64,000 bases of DNA from an uncultured Ruminococcus sp. GTDB taxonomy: Bacteria; Bacillota; Clostridia; Oscillospirales; CAG-382. The position numbers and the translations under genes are program-made. The notes beneath the pieces are model-generated. The model was not told where the DNA came from. It did not search any database and saw nothing but the letters and a program-made list of their open reading frames with translations. Below, piece by piece: positions 27,969-36,791 of this stretch (positions are counted from its first letter, which is position 1; the number at the start of each line of letters is the position of its first letter). The DNA lies in contig CAZHBX010000001.1 in NCBI GenBank assembly GCA_964530795.1, positions 92 to 64,091 on the forward strand, written 5' to 3'.

Positions 27969-29514
27969 GCTGCTCGGGACCGCGAGCGGGAACCTGCTGC
28001 TCTGCACGGTTTCCGGCGCGGTCTTTTCGCTGCCGTACTTCTTCGAGCCGCTCTTTCCCCTGACCTACCTGTCGCTCGGGGTGTTCTTCTTCCTGCGAGG
28101 GCGGGAGGTTGTGCAAAAGATGGCGTTCCGGCCGTTTTTCTGCTTCCTTCTGGGGTTTCTGTTTCCGCTTTACACGTGGTTTTCCGCCCTGTATCCGCTC
28201 TCGGCAATGGGATTTTCCCGCGGGACAGCGTTCGGAGTGGTCCTGCTGTGTTGTATCGGAATCCCGGTCTTACAGGCCGCCGTGCAGGCGGCGGTTTTGC
28301 AGTTCTCCCGATTTTTTTCGGGGAACTCGGTTGGGGCGGCGCCGTTCCTGCGCGCCGTCGGATGCGGAGCGCTGTGGGTGCTGTCGGAGAAACTGCTCTC
28401 GTTCGGGTCGCTCGCCCTGCCGTGGGGGACAATCGCGCTCTCGCAGACCGGATGCCTTCCGTTGCTGCAAACGGTTTCGCTATTTGGAACAGACTGGATC
28501 GCGTTCCTGTGCGTAACGGTGTGCGCGCTGTGCGCGGAGGCATTTCGATGCGGGCGGAAGAGCCTGCTCGCGAGCGGGAGCGGACTGCTCGCGTTGGCGT
28601 TCCTCACCGGCGGGGTGCTGCTCGCGCTGCCGGACGGGTCGAAAGAATCAGTCCGTGCGGCGGCGATCCAGGGCAACCTTTCAACCGATGAGAAATGGGA
28701 GGACGAAGCGCTGCTCGACAGCCTTGAAACCTACCGAAACCTGACCGAACAGGCGGCAAAACAAGGCGCGAAGCTGATCCTGCTGCCGGAAAGCGCCGTG
28801 CCAGTCCCGTTTACGGAGGGCGGACCGCTGCACGAAGCGTTCGCGTCCATCGCGGAGAGCTACGACTGTACGATCCTGCTCGGCGTACTGCGGCGAGACG
28901 GGGACGGGCGGCTGCATAACAGTCTTGCCGCCGTGCTGCCGGACGGGTCGGTGCGCGGGTACTACGACAAGCAGCACCCGGTGCCATTCGGGGAGGTTCT
29001 GCCGCTGCGGGGGCTGATCGAAGCCGTGTGCCCGCCGCTCGCGGAGCTGAACCTCGGCGAGGAACTGGCCGTTTCGCCCACGGACGCGGTACTCGACTGC
29101 GGAGCCTACCGCATCGGGTGTTTCCTCTGCTTTGACTCGGTATTCAGCGGGCGGGAGCAGGCGGAAGGCGGACTTGACTTCTCCGTCATCGCGACCAACG
29201 ACGCGTGGTTCCGCGACAGCGCGGGCGTTTACCAGCACCTGCGCTACGCCAAACTCCGCGCCGCCGAAAGCGGACACGCGCTACTGCGGGCCGGGAACAC
29301 CGGCGTCTCCGCTCTGCTCGACGGAAAAGGCCGCGTCCTGCGGCAGACCGAACCGCTCGAACAGGCTGTGCTGTACGGCGAGCTGCCGCTCGGCGGACGG
29401 GACACGCTGTTTGGGATGACCGGGAGCCTCTTCCCCGCCCTCTCCGCCGGCTATCTGCTGTTCCTCGCGGGGTGGGCGCTCGTCCGACGGCTGCGGAAGC
29501 GGCGGAAAAATTGA
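27949..29514 (+). CDS. lnt: Apolipoprotein N-acyltransferase (Lnt-like, polytopic N-domain plus CN-hydrolase domain)
   Basis: About 7 TM segments followed by a nitrilase-fold domain with an E/K/C triad context (LILLPESAV, YDKQHPVPFGE, IGCFLCFDS). The start is uncertain: I chose GTG 27949, while the track uses TTG 27901. Either start overlaps the upstream gene. Confidence 0.75.
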   Translation: MSAKFNKLLGTASGNLLLCTVSGAVFSLPYFFEPLFPLTYLSLGVFFFLRGREVVQKMAFRPFFCFLLGFLFPLYTWFSALYPLSAMGFSRGTAFGVVLLCCIGIPVLQAAVQAAVLQFSRFFSGNSVGAAPFLRAVGCGALWVLSEKLLSFGSLALPWGTIALSQTGCLPLLQTVSLFGTDWIAFLCVTVCALCAEAFRCGRKSLLASGSGLLALAFLTGGVLLALPDGSKESVRAAAIQGNLSTDEKWEDEALLDSLETYRNLTEQAAKQGAKLILLPESAVPVPFTEGGPLHEAFASIAESYDCTILLGVLRRDGDGRLHNSLAAVLPDGSVRGYYDKQHPVPFGEVLPLRGLIEAVCPPLAELNLGEELAVSPTDAVLDCGAYRIGCFLCFDSVFSGREQAEGGLDFSVIATNDAWFRDSAGVYQHLRYAKLRAAESGHALLRAGNTGVSALLDGKGRVLRQTEPLEQAVLYGELPLGGRDTLFGMTGSLFPALSAGYLLFLAGWALVRRLRKRRKN

Positions 29515-29666
29515 GATGCGGCTGAACCGTTCTTTCGCATTTCGCCACATCAAAGAATGCCCTTCGCTGCGGAGGACACGCCTCCGAACGGCGCGAAGCA
29601 GAGGGACTTTCTGCAATATCACCAAAAGCATTCCATAGATTTCTTAAAAAGTTTCATTTTTACCTA

Positions 29667-29695
29667 TTGTTTTTTCGGTTCGCTTACGATATAAT
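29667..29695 (+). promoter_or_regulatory. Candidate promoter of adhE
   Basis: TTGTTT (29667-29672), 17-nt spacer, TATAAT (29690-29695), in an AT-rich segment. Confidence 0.5.
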
Positions 29696-29752
29696 ACTAC
29701 TGAATCAGGAATATCCTGTCGTATTTTGTAAAACCAAAAAACAAACGGAGAC

Positions 29753-32353
29753 ATGCACATGAAAACGGAACAAATTGTCAACTCGCCGGAAACGCTGTGC
29801 GAAACCCTTGCGAGGGTTCGCGCCTCCCAGCAAACGTACGGCACCTACGGGCAGGAGCAGGTCGACGCCATCTTCAAGGCCGCCGCCCTCGCCGCCAACA
29901 AAGCAAGGCTCCCGCTCGCCAAACTGGCGGTCGAAGAGACGGAAATGGGCTGCGTGGAGGACAAGGTAATCAAGAATACCTACGCCTCCGAGTATATTTA
30001 CAACGCCTATAAATCCGTCAAGACCTGCGGCGTCATCGAGGAGGATAAGGCCTTTGGATACAGAACCATCGCCGAGCCGGTCGGCATCCTCTCCGCTGTC
30101 ATTCCGACCACCAACCCCACCTCCACGGCCATCTTCAAGTGCCTGCTTGCGCTCAAGACCCGCAACGGCATCATCATCAGCCCCCATCCCCGCGCCAAGG
30201 CGTCGACAATCGCGGCCGCGAAGATCGTGCTCGACGCGGCGGTCAAGGCGGGCGCGCCGGAGGACATCATCGCTTGGATCGACGAACCTACGCTGGAACT
30301 GACCAACCTTCTTATGTCCGAATCCGACCTGATCCTCGCGACCGGCGGGCCGGGCATGGTCAAGGCCGCCTATTCGAGCGGAAAACCGGCGGTTGGCGTC
30401 GGCGCGGGCAACGTCCCCGCCGTCATCGACGACAGCGCCGACGTAGTGCTCGCGGTCAACTCGATCATCCATTCCAAGACGTTTGACAACGGCATGATCT
30501 GCGCGTCCGAGCAGTCGGTCATCGTGCTCGACGCCGTATATGACGCGGTTCGCGCCGAATTCGCCGCGCGGGGCGGGTATTTCATCCCCAAAAAGCAACT
30601 CGACGCGGTTCGAAAGACCATTCTCCCCGACGGCAAGCTGAATAACAAGATCGTCGGACAGACAGCCGAAACCATCGCCAAAATGGCGGGACTCGACGTT
30701 CCCGCCGGGACCAAACTGCTTATCGGCGAGGTCATGAGCGTCGAACCGTCCGAGGCGTTCGCCCACGAGAAGCTCTCCCCGGTCCTCGCGATGTACCGCG
30801 CCAAGGACTTCGAGGACGCAATGAAGAAGGCCGAGCGGCTTATCGAGGACGGCGGGTACGGGCACACCGCTTCCGTCTACCTTGACGTCCTGACCCAGAA
30901 GGAAAAACTCGACGCGTTCGCTCACCGCATGAAAGCCTGCCGCATTGTGGTCAAGTCCCCGTCCTCCCACGGCGGCATTGGCGATATCTACAATTTCAAG
31001 CTCAAGCCGTCCCTGACGCTCGGCTGCGGCTCGTGGGGCGGGAACTCCGTCTCGGAGAACGTCGGCGTCAAGCATCTGCTCAACATCAAAACCGTTGCCG
31101 AGAGGAGAGAGAACATGCTCTGGTTCCGCGCCCCCGAAAAGGTCTATCTCAAGAAGGGCTGCCTGCCGGTCGCGCTGGACGAAGTCGGCACGGTGCTCGC
31201 GAAAAAGCGCGCTTTTATCGTCACGGACTCCTTCCTCTATAAGAATGGCTACACCAAGCCGGTCACGGAGAAGCTGGACGAAATGAACATCACCCATACG
31301 ACGTTCTACAATGTCGCGCCGGATCCGACCCTGCAATGCGCCGAGGAGGGCGTCGCGCAGATGCGCATGTTCGAGCCGGACGTCATCATCGCCGTCGGAG
31401 GCGGGTCCGCGATGGACGCGGCGAAGATCATGTGGGTGCTCTACGAGCATCCGGAGGCGGATTTCCAGGATATGGCAATGCGTTTTATGGACATCCGCAA
31501 GCGCGTCTACACCTTCCCGAAGATGGGCGAAAAGGCATATTTTATCGCGATTCCGACCTCTGCCGGCACCGGTTCCGAGGTCACGCCGTTCGCCGTCATT
31601 ACCGACGGGGCAACCAAGTACCCGCTGGCGGATTACGAGCTGATGCCGGATATGGCGATCGTCGATGCGGACATGATGATGACCGCCCCGAAGGGTTTGA
31701 CCGCCGCGTCCGGAATTGACGCGGTGTCCCATGCGCTTGAAGCGTATGCGTCCGTCATGGCGACGGACTTCACCGATGGGCTTGCGATCCGGGCCTTGCA
31801 GATCATCTTCGCCTACCTGCCCCGCGCCTACGACAACGGCCCGAACGACCCGGTTGCCCGGGAAAAGATGGCGAACGCGGCGACGATGGCCGGTATGGCG
31901 TTTGCGAACGCATTCCTCGGCGTGTGCCATTCGATGGCGCACAAGCTCGGCGCTTTCCACCATCTGCCGCACGGCGTGGCGAACGCGCTGATGCTGCCAT
32001 ACGTCCTGCGGTTCAACGCATCGGAAGTGCCGACCAAGATGGGCACTTTCCCGCAGTACGACCACCCGCACACCCTGCGCCGCTACGCGGAAGTCGCCGA
32101 GGCGCTCGGAATTGACGGCAAGGACGACACGGAAAAGCTTGAAGGGCTAATCGCGAAGGTCGAGGAGCTCAAGGCGAAGGTCGGCATCAAGCCGTCCATT
32201 CAGGCTTACGGCATCGACGAGCAGGACTTCCTCGCCCGGCTCGACGACATGACGGAGCAGGCGTTCGATGACCAGTGCACCGGCGCGAACCCCCGCTACC
32301 CGCTCATGAGCGAAATCAAACAGATGTACCTCGATGCGTATTACGGAAAATAA
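29753..32353 (+). CDS. adhE: Bifunctional acetaldehyde-CoA/alcohol dehydrogenase
   Basis: 866 aa with an N-terminal aldehyde dehydrogenase domain and a C-terminal iron-type ADH domain (GGGSAMDAAK, HSMAHKLG). ATG 29759 is an alternative start. Confidence 0.95.
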   Translation: MHMKTEQIVNSPETLCETLARVRASQQTYGTYGQEQVDAIFKAAALAANKARLPLAKLAVEETEMGCVEDKVIKNTYASEYIYNAYKSVKTCGVIEEDKAFGYRTIAEPVGILSAVIPTTNPTSTAIFKCLLALKTRNGIIISPHPRAKASTIAAAKIVLDAAVKAGAPEDIIAWIDEPTLELTNLLMSESDLILATGGPGMVKAAYSSGKPAVGVGAGNVPAVIDDSADVVLAVNSIIHSKTFDNGMICASEQSVIVLDAVYDAVRAEFAARGGYFIPKKQLDAVRKTILPDGKLNNKIVGQTAETIAKMAGLDVPAGTKLLIGEVMSVEPSEAFAHEKLSPVLAMYRAKDFEDAMKKAERLIEDGGYGHTASVYLDVLTQKEKLDAFAHRMKACRIVVKSPSSHGGIGDIYNFKLKPSLTLGCGSWGGNSVSENVGVKHLLNIKTVAERRENMLWFRAPEKVYLKKGCLPVALDEVGTVLAKKRAFIVTDSFLYKNGYTKPVTEKLDEMNITHTTFYNVAPDPTLQCAEEGVAQMRMFEPDVIIAVGGGSAMDAAKIMWVLYEHPEADFQDMAMRFMDIRKRVYTFPKMGEKAYFIAIPTSAGTGSEVTPFAVITDGATKYPLADYELMPDMAIVDADMMMTAPKGLTAASGIDAVSHALEAYASVMATDFTDGLAIRALQIIFAYLPRAYDNGPNDPVAREKMANAATMAGMAFANAFLGVCHSMAHKLGAFHHLPHGVANALMLPYVLRFNASEVPTKMGTFPQYDHPHTLRRYAEVAEALGIDGKDDTEKLEGLIAKVEELKAKVGIKPSIQAYGIDEQDFLARLDDMTEQAFDDQCTGANPRYPLMSEIKQMYLDAYYGK

Positions 32354-32362
32354 ACAACGATT

Positions 32363-32394
32363 CCGGCCGGCATTTTGCCTGCCGGATTTTTTTT
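32363..32394 (+). terminator. Rho-independent terminator of adhE
   Basis: CCGGCCGGCA / TGCCTGCCGG stem (one mismatch) with loop TTTT, followed by a T8 tract. Confidence 0.8.
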
Positions 32395-32406
32395 GGCGGT
32401 TTTCTC

Positions 32407-32434
32407 TTGATTTTTTGAATTTTTTCATTATAAT
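32407..32434 (+). promoter_or_regulatory. Candidate promoter of the FTR-like/trxA pair
   Basis: TTGATT (32407-32412), 16-nt spacer, TATAAT (32429-32434). Confidence 0.55.
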
Positions 32435-32477
32435 AGAGAGTGAGAAAGGAATCCTAACAGAAAGGCAGAAATTCCGC

Positions 32478-32675
32478 ATGAAGATTCGTCTCAACGAGGA
32501 CGAGGAAGTCGTCCGCACCATCCGCGAAGGACTCGCGCAGAAGGACGGGTACTGCCCGTGCAGGGTCGGCAAAAGCGAGGACATCAAGTGCATGTGCAAG
32601 GAGTTCCGCGAGCAGATCGCCGACCCCGACTTCGAGGGATACTGTCACTGTATGCTCTACTACAAGGAAAAGTAA
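32478..32675 (+). CDS. Ferredoxin-thioredoxin-reductase catalytic-subunit-like small Cys-rich protein
   Basis: 65 aa with three Cys pairs, CPC (26/28), CMC (38/40) and CHC (56/58), as in the FTR catalytic chain. It lies directly upstream of trxA. Confidence 0.65.
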   Translation: MKIRLNEDEEVVRTIREGLAQKDGYCPCRVGKSEDIKCMCKEFREQIADPDFEGYCHCMLYYKEK

Positions 32676-32708
32676 ACCGTATAAAGAAAGAGAGGAAGGG
32701 TTTTCATC

Positions 32709-33020
32709 ATGGCGGAAATCAAATTGACGGAATCCAACTTTGAAAAGGAGGCGCTGCAAAGCGACCGCCCTGTGCTCATCGACTTCTGGGCCGCGTGGTG
32801 CGGACCGTGCCGGATGCTGTCTCCGGTCATTTCAGAGATCGCCGAGGAGCACCCGGAGTGGAAGGTCTGCAAGGTCAACGTGGACGAGGAAGCGGCGATC
32901 GCCGCCCGCTACGGGGTATCAAGCATCCCGACGGTAATCCGCATGGAAAACGGCACGGACGTCGCGAAGTCTGTCGGCTACCTGCCGAAGGAGGCCCTGC
33001 TCGACGAATTGGGGCTGTGA
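32709..33020 (+). CDS. trxA: Thioredoxin
   Basis: 103 aa with the active site WAAWCGPCRM. Confidence 0.95.
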   Translation: MAEIKLTESNFEKEALQSDRPVLIDFWAAWCGPCRMLSPVISEIAEEHPEWKVCKVNVDEEAAIAARYGVSSIPTVIRMENGTDVAKSVGYLPKEALLDELGL

Positions 33021-33043
33021 AAAACTGATAGAACCGCAGAAAG

Positions 33044-33071
33044 GCGCTGTACGCGAAGTACAGCGCTTTTT
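33044..33071 (+). terminator. Rho-independent terminator of trxA
   Basis: GCGCTGTAC / GTACAGCGC 9-bp stem with loop GCGAA, followed by TTTTT. Confidence 0.85.
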
Positions 33072-33175
33072 CGTTCGGATGCGACAAAAACCGCTCGCTT
33101 CCGCGCTGCTCACGCATATGCTGAAAGCAGGATAACAATCCAGAAAGCAAAAACGAAAGGAACGAACGGTTTTTC

Positions 33176-33982
33176 ATGGAGACAATCCTGCAAATCGCGC
33201 TGGGGATCCTCATCCCGCTCGCGGGCACGACGCTCGGAGCAGCCGCCGTGTTTCTGCTCAAGCGGCAGCCCGGCGCCGCGCTTGGCAAGGCCCTGCTCGG
33301 GTTCGCCGCGGGAGTCATGCTCGCGGCTTCCGTCTGGTCGCTGCTGCTGCCCGCCGTCGAAATGGCGGAGGAACAGGGGATCGCCGGGTGGATCCCAACG
33401 GTCACCGGGTTCTTCCTCGGGGTGGGGTTCCTGCTTGCGCTCGACGCGCTCGCGCCGGTGCTGCGCAAGAAATGCGAGCGGGAGGACGACCCGGAGCAAG
33501 GCCCGTCTCGCCGCAAGACTTCCCTGTTGCTCTTCGCCGTCACGCTGCACAATATCCCGGAGGGCATGGCGGTCGGGGTCATCTTCGCCGGGTTCGCGGC
33601 GGACAGCGCCGCCATCACTGCCGCGGGGGCGTTCGCGCTCTCGATCGGCATCGCAATCCAGAATATTCCGGAGGGGGCGATCATCTCGATGCCCTTGCTT
33701 TCAGGCGGGCATTCCCGCGGCAAAGCGTTCTTCCGGGGATTCCTCTCCGGGGCGGTCGAACCGCTCGGCGCGGTGTTGACGCTCGCGCTCGCGTCGCTGA
33801 TTACCCCGATCCTGCCCTACATCCTGTCATTCGCCGCCGGGACAATGGTGTACGTCACCGTCGAGGAGCTGATCCCGGAAGCGCAGGCGGGGACGCGGAC
33901 GGGTCTGGGCGGCACGCTTGGGACAATCAGCATCACGCTCGGGTTCGCGCTGATGATGCTGCTCGACGTGGCGCTCGGATGA
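33176..33982 (+). CDS. ZIP family divalent metal (zinc) transporter
   Basis: Polytopic protein with the ZIP signature helices (HNIPEGMAVG, QNIPEGA). Confidence 0.85.
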   Translation: METILQIALGILIPLAGTTLGAAAVFLLKRQPGAALGKALLGFAAGVMLAASVWSLLLPAVEMAEEQGIAGWIPTVTGFFLGVGFLLALDALAPVLRKKCEREDDPEQGPSRRKTSLLLFAVTLHNIPEGMAVGVIFAGFAADSAAITAAGAFALSIGIAIQNIPEGAIISMPLLSGGHSRGKAFFRGFLSGAVEPLGAVLTLALASLITPILPYILSFAAGTMVYVTVEELIPEAQAGTRTGLGGTLGTISITLGFALMMLLDVALG

Positions 33983-34011
33983 GGAAATCGCACATTTTTT
34001 CACAAAGCCTA

Positions 34012-34040
34012 TTGACAAAGTAGGCAAAATGTGGTATCCT
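34012..34040 (+). promoter_or_regulatory. Sigma-A type promoter of metY
   Basis: TTGACA (34012-34017), 17-nt spacer, TGgTATCCT (34032-34040). It predicts a leader of about 150 nt. Confidence 0.65.
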
Positions 34041-34198
34041 ACCCGTAACACCAAAAGGAACGCACAGAAAGGCGGGGAAACGGGCATGGGCGACACGTTC
34101 GAAAAGCTCATCAGGGCCAATTTTCGGTTCGGGCGAATGTGCTTTTGCGCAGGCCCGCCCCCGGAAAAGACGTTTACGAAAAGAAAGGAACAATAAAA

Positions 34199-35491
34199 AT
34201 GGAACCCAACAAGAATTATCGCTTTGAAACCCTACAGCTCCATGTCGGGCAGGAGCAGCCCGATCCGGCGACGGACGCCCGCGCCGTCCCGATTTACCAG
34301 ACGACCTCCTACGTGTTCCGCAATTCCGCGCACGCTGCGGCGAGGTTCAACCTGACGGACGCGGGCAACATCTACGGCCGACTGACCAATTCGACGCAGG
34401 ACGTGCTTGAAAAGCGCCTTGCCGCCCTCGAAGGCGGGGTCGCGGGTCTCGCGGTCGCCTCCGGCGCCGCCGCTGTGACCTACACCATCCTCGCGCTCGC
34501 GCAGGCCGGCGACCACATCGTCGCCCAGAAAACCATCTACGGCGGCAGCTATAACCTGCTCGCCCACACGCTTTCTCAGTACGGTATCAGTACGACCTTC
34601 ATCGACGCCCACAACCTTGCGGAAGTCGAGAACGCCATCCGCCCGAACACCAAGGCGATCTACCTCGAGACCCTTGGCAACCCGAACAGCGACATCCCAG
34701 ACATCGACGCCATCGCGGAGATCGCCCACCGGTACAAACTGCCGCTTGCCATCGACAACACGTTCGGCACGCCGTACCTGATCCGCCCGTTCGAGCATGG
34801 GGCGGACATCGTCGTGCATTCGGCGACGAAGTTCCTCGGCGGACACGGCACGTCGCTCGGCGGGATCATCGTGGATTCCGGCCGGTTCGACTGGAAGGCG
34901 AGCGGGAAGTTTCCGCACCTGTGCGAGCCGAATCCGAGTTACCACGGCGTGACCTTTACGGAGGCGGCGGGGCCCGCCGCGTTCGTGACGTACATCCGGG
35001 CGATTCTGCTGCGGGACACCGGGGCGTGCATTTCGCCGTTCAACGCGTTCCTGCTGCTGCAAGGGGTCGAGACGCTGTCCCTGCGTCTGGAGCGGCACAC
35101 GGAAAACACGAAAAAAGTCGTCGCCTACCTCGCGTCGCACCCGCTCGTGGAGAGGGTCAACCATCCGTCCCTTCCCGATCACCCCGATCACGCCCTGTAC
35201 GAACGCTACTTCCCCAACGGCGGGGCAAGCATCTTTACGTTCGACATCAAAGGCGGGCAGGAGGGAGCGCACAGGTTCATCGACAATTTGCAAATTTTCT
35301 CACTGCTCGCGAACGTTGCGGACGTCAAAAGCCTCGTCATCCACCCCGCGACGACCACACATTCCCAGCTGACCGACGAGGAACTGGCGGACCAGGGCAT
35401 CCACCGCAACACGATCCGCCTGTCCATCGGCACCGAGCACATCGACGACATCCTCGCCGACCTCGAGCGGGGCTTTGCCGCCGTGCGGTAA
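34199..35491 (+). CDS. metY: O-acetylhomoserine sulfhydrylase (aminocarboxypropyltransferase)
   Basis: Cys/Met-metabolism PLP enzyme (PIYQTTSYVF, HSATKFLGGHG). ATG 34199 follows AAAGGA. Confidence 0.9.
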   Translation: MEPNKNYRFETLQLHVGQEQPDPATDARAVPIYQTTSYVFRNSAHAAARFNLTDAGNIYGRLTNSTQDVLEKRLAALEGGVAGLAVASGAAAVTYTILALAQAGDHIVAQKTIYGGSYNLLAHTLSQYGISTTFIDAHNLAEVENAIRPNTKAIYLETLGNPNSDIPDIDAIAEIAHRYKLPLAIDNTFGTPYLIRPFEHGADIVVHSATKFLGGHGTSLGGIIVDSGRFDWKASGKFPHLCEPNPSYHGVTFTEAAGPAAFVTYIRAILLRDTGACISPFNAFLLLQGVETLSLRLERHTENTKKVVAYLASHPLVERVNHPSLPDHPDHALYERYFPNGGASIFTFDIKGGQEGAHRFIDNLQIFSLLANVADVKSLVIHPATTTHSQLTDEELADQGIHRNTIRLSIGTEHIDDILADLERGFAAVR

Positions 35492-35666
35492 GCGTATACA
35501 ACGGAAAAGACCCAGTCTGTCGAAACAGGTCTGTTAGGGCTTTCCCGGGACCGCGTGAAACGCAGCCCTAAACCCCTTGAGAATCCTCAGAAACTTCTTA
35601 ATTTGGGGTTTATGTGGTGTAAATTTCCTTTGGCTTCCTGCAAAAGGGATTTATTGACAATCTAAA

Positions 35667-35700
35667 GCCCCCCGTTTTGCGGGGGGCCTTGCATTTCTTT
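35667..35700 (+). terminator. Terminator-like GC hairpin in the metY-mnmA spacer
   Basis: GCCCCCCG / CGGGGGGC 8-bp stem with loop TTTTG, followed by the partly T-rich CTTGCATTTCTTT. It ends 18 nt before the mnmA ATG. Confidence 0.5.
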
Positions 35701-35717
35701 GAAAAGGAGGGACGGCC

Positions 35718-36791
35718 ATGGGCACGCTTTCCCGCGCTCTCATCGCGATGAGCGGAGGCGTCGATTCCGCTGTAGCGGCAAAGCTAACGCTCGAAGAAGG
35801 GTTCGACTGCGTCGGCTGCACAATGCGGCTGTATGACGGGGAGAAGGCTGCGTCTCGGACCTGCTGTTCGCTCGACGACGTGGAGGACGCCCGCGCCGTC
35901 GCGTACCGATTGGGCATCCCGTTTTACGTATTCAACCTGACCGAGGACTTCCGGCGGGAGGTCATCGGACGGTTCGTGCAATGCTATGAGGAGGGGAAAA
36001 CCCCGAACCCGTGCGTCGAATGCAACCGATACCTGAAATTCGGGCGGCTGTTCGACAAGGCGGACGTCCTCGACTGCCGGTATGTCGTGACCGGGCATTA
36101 CGCCCGCATCCGGCAGGACGGCGAGCGCTGGCTGCTGCTGAAGGCGCTCGACCCGGCGAAGGACCAGAGCTACGTGCTCTACGGTATGACGCAATCTCAG
36201 CTGGCCAGGACGCGGTTCCCGCTCGGCGGGCTTTCCAAACCGGACGTGCGAAAAATCGCCGCCGAAAGCGGGTTCCTCAACGCGGACAAGCCGGACAGTC
36301 AAGACATCTGCTTCGTCCCGGACGGAAATCACGCCTTGTTCATCGAGCGCTTCACCGGACGCAAAGCGATTCCGGGTCCGTTCGTAGACGAAACAGGAAA
36401 CGTTCTCGGGATGCATAAGGGCATCGTTCATTACACGATCGGGCAGCGCAAGGGGCTCGGCATCTCCTCCGACCGCCCGCTGTACGTCACGGCGATCGAC
36501 CCGGCGGCCAACACCGTCACCCTCTCCCACGCGGACGTCGGAAGCGGACTTTATACCCGTAAAGTGGTGATTCGCGGGGTCAATCTGATCACCTGCGAGC
36601 GATTGGACCGCCCGATCCGCGTCAAGGTCAAGCTGCGTTACCGCCAGCCGGAGCAACCCGCGACCGCCGAGCAGACGGACGACGACACGCTCGTCCTGTG
36701 CTTCGACGAGCCGCAGCGGGCTGCCGCGAAGGGGCAGGCGGCGGTGCTCTACGACGGCGAAACCGTCGTAGGCGGGGGCACGATCGTATGA
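35718..36791 (+). CDS. mnmA: tRNA 2-thiouridine(34) synthase
   Basis: PP-loop SGGVDSAVAA, the catalytic Cys context and the conserved C-terminal barrel. A GAAAAGGAGGG RBS is present. Confidence 0.95.
   Translation: MGTLSRALIAMSGGVDSAVAAKLTLEEGFDCVGCTMRLYDGEKAASRTCCSLDDVEDARAVAYRLGIPFYVFNLTEDFRREVIGRFVQCYEEGKTPNPCVECNRYLKFGRLFDKADVLDCRYVVTGHYARIRQDGERWLLLKALDPAKDQSYVLYGMTQSQLARTRFPLGGLSKPDVRKIAAESGFLNADKPDSQDICFVPDGNHALFIERFTGRKAIPGPFVDETGNVLGMHKGIVHYTIGQRKGLGISSDRPLYVTAIDPAANTVTLSHADVGSGLYTRKVVIRGVNLITCERLDRPIRVKVKLRYRQPEQPATAEQTDDDTLVLCFDEPQRAAAKGQAAVLYDGETVVGGGTIV

Noticed and set aside
29726-29744. Rex-operator-like sequence TTGTAAAACCAAAAAACAA upstream of adhE
   Set aside because: The half-sites are imperfect and the spacing is one nt off the 18-bp TTGTTAA-N4-TTAACAA consensus. 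The sequence is essentially an A-rich tract, so the evidence is insufficient.
29705-32071. 788-aa ORF on the minus strand
   Set aside because: It lies entirely antisense to adhE, which has unmistakable ALDH and Fe-ADH motifs. Its composition is Arg/Gly/Asp/Val-rich, typical of the antisense frame of high-GC genes, and it has no RBS.
34041-34198. SAM-I (S-box) riboswitch expected upstream of metY
   Set aside because: I could not find the conserved SAM-I core elements or a terminator/antiterminator pair by eye. The region is kept only as an unexplained leader (see findings), and it needs an Rfam scan.
35654-35659. TTGACA hexamer as a possible mnmA promoter -35 box
   Set aside because: No -10-like hexamer lies 16-18 nt downstream, where the sequence is the G/C hairpin.
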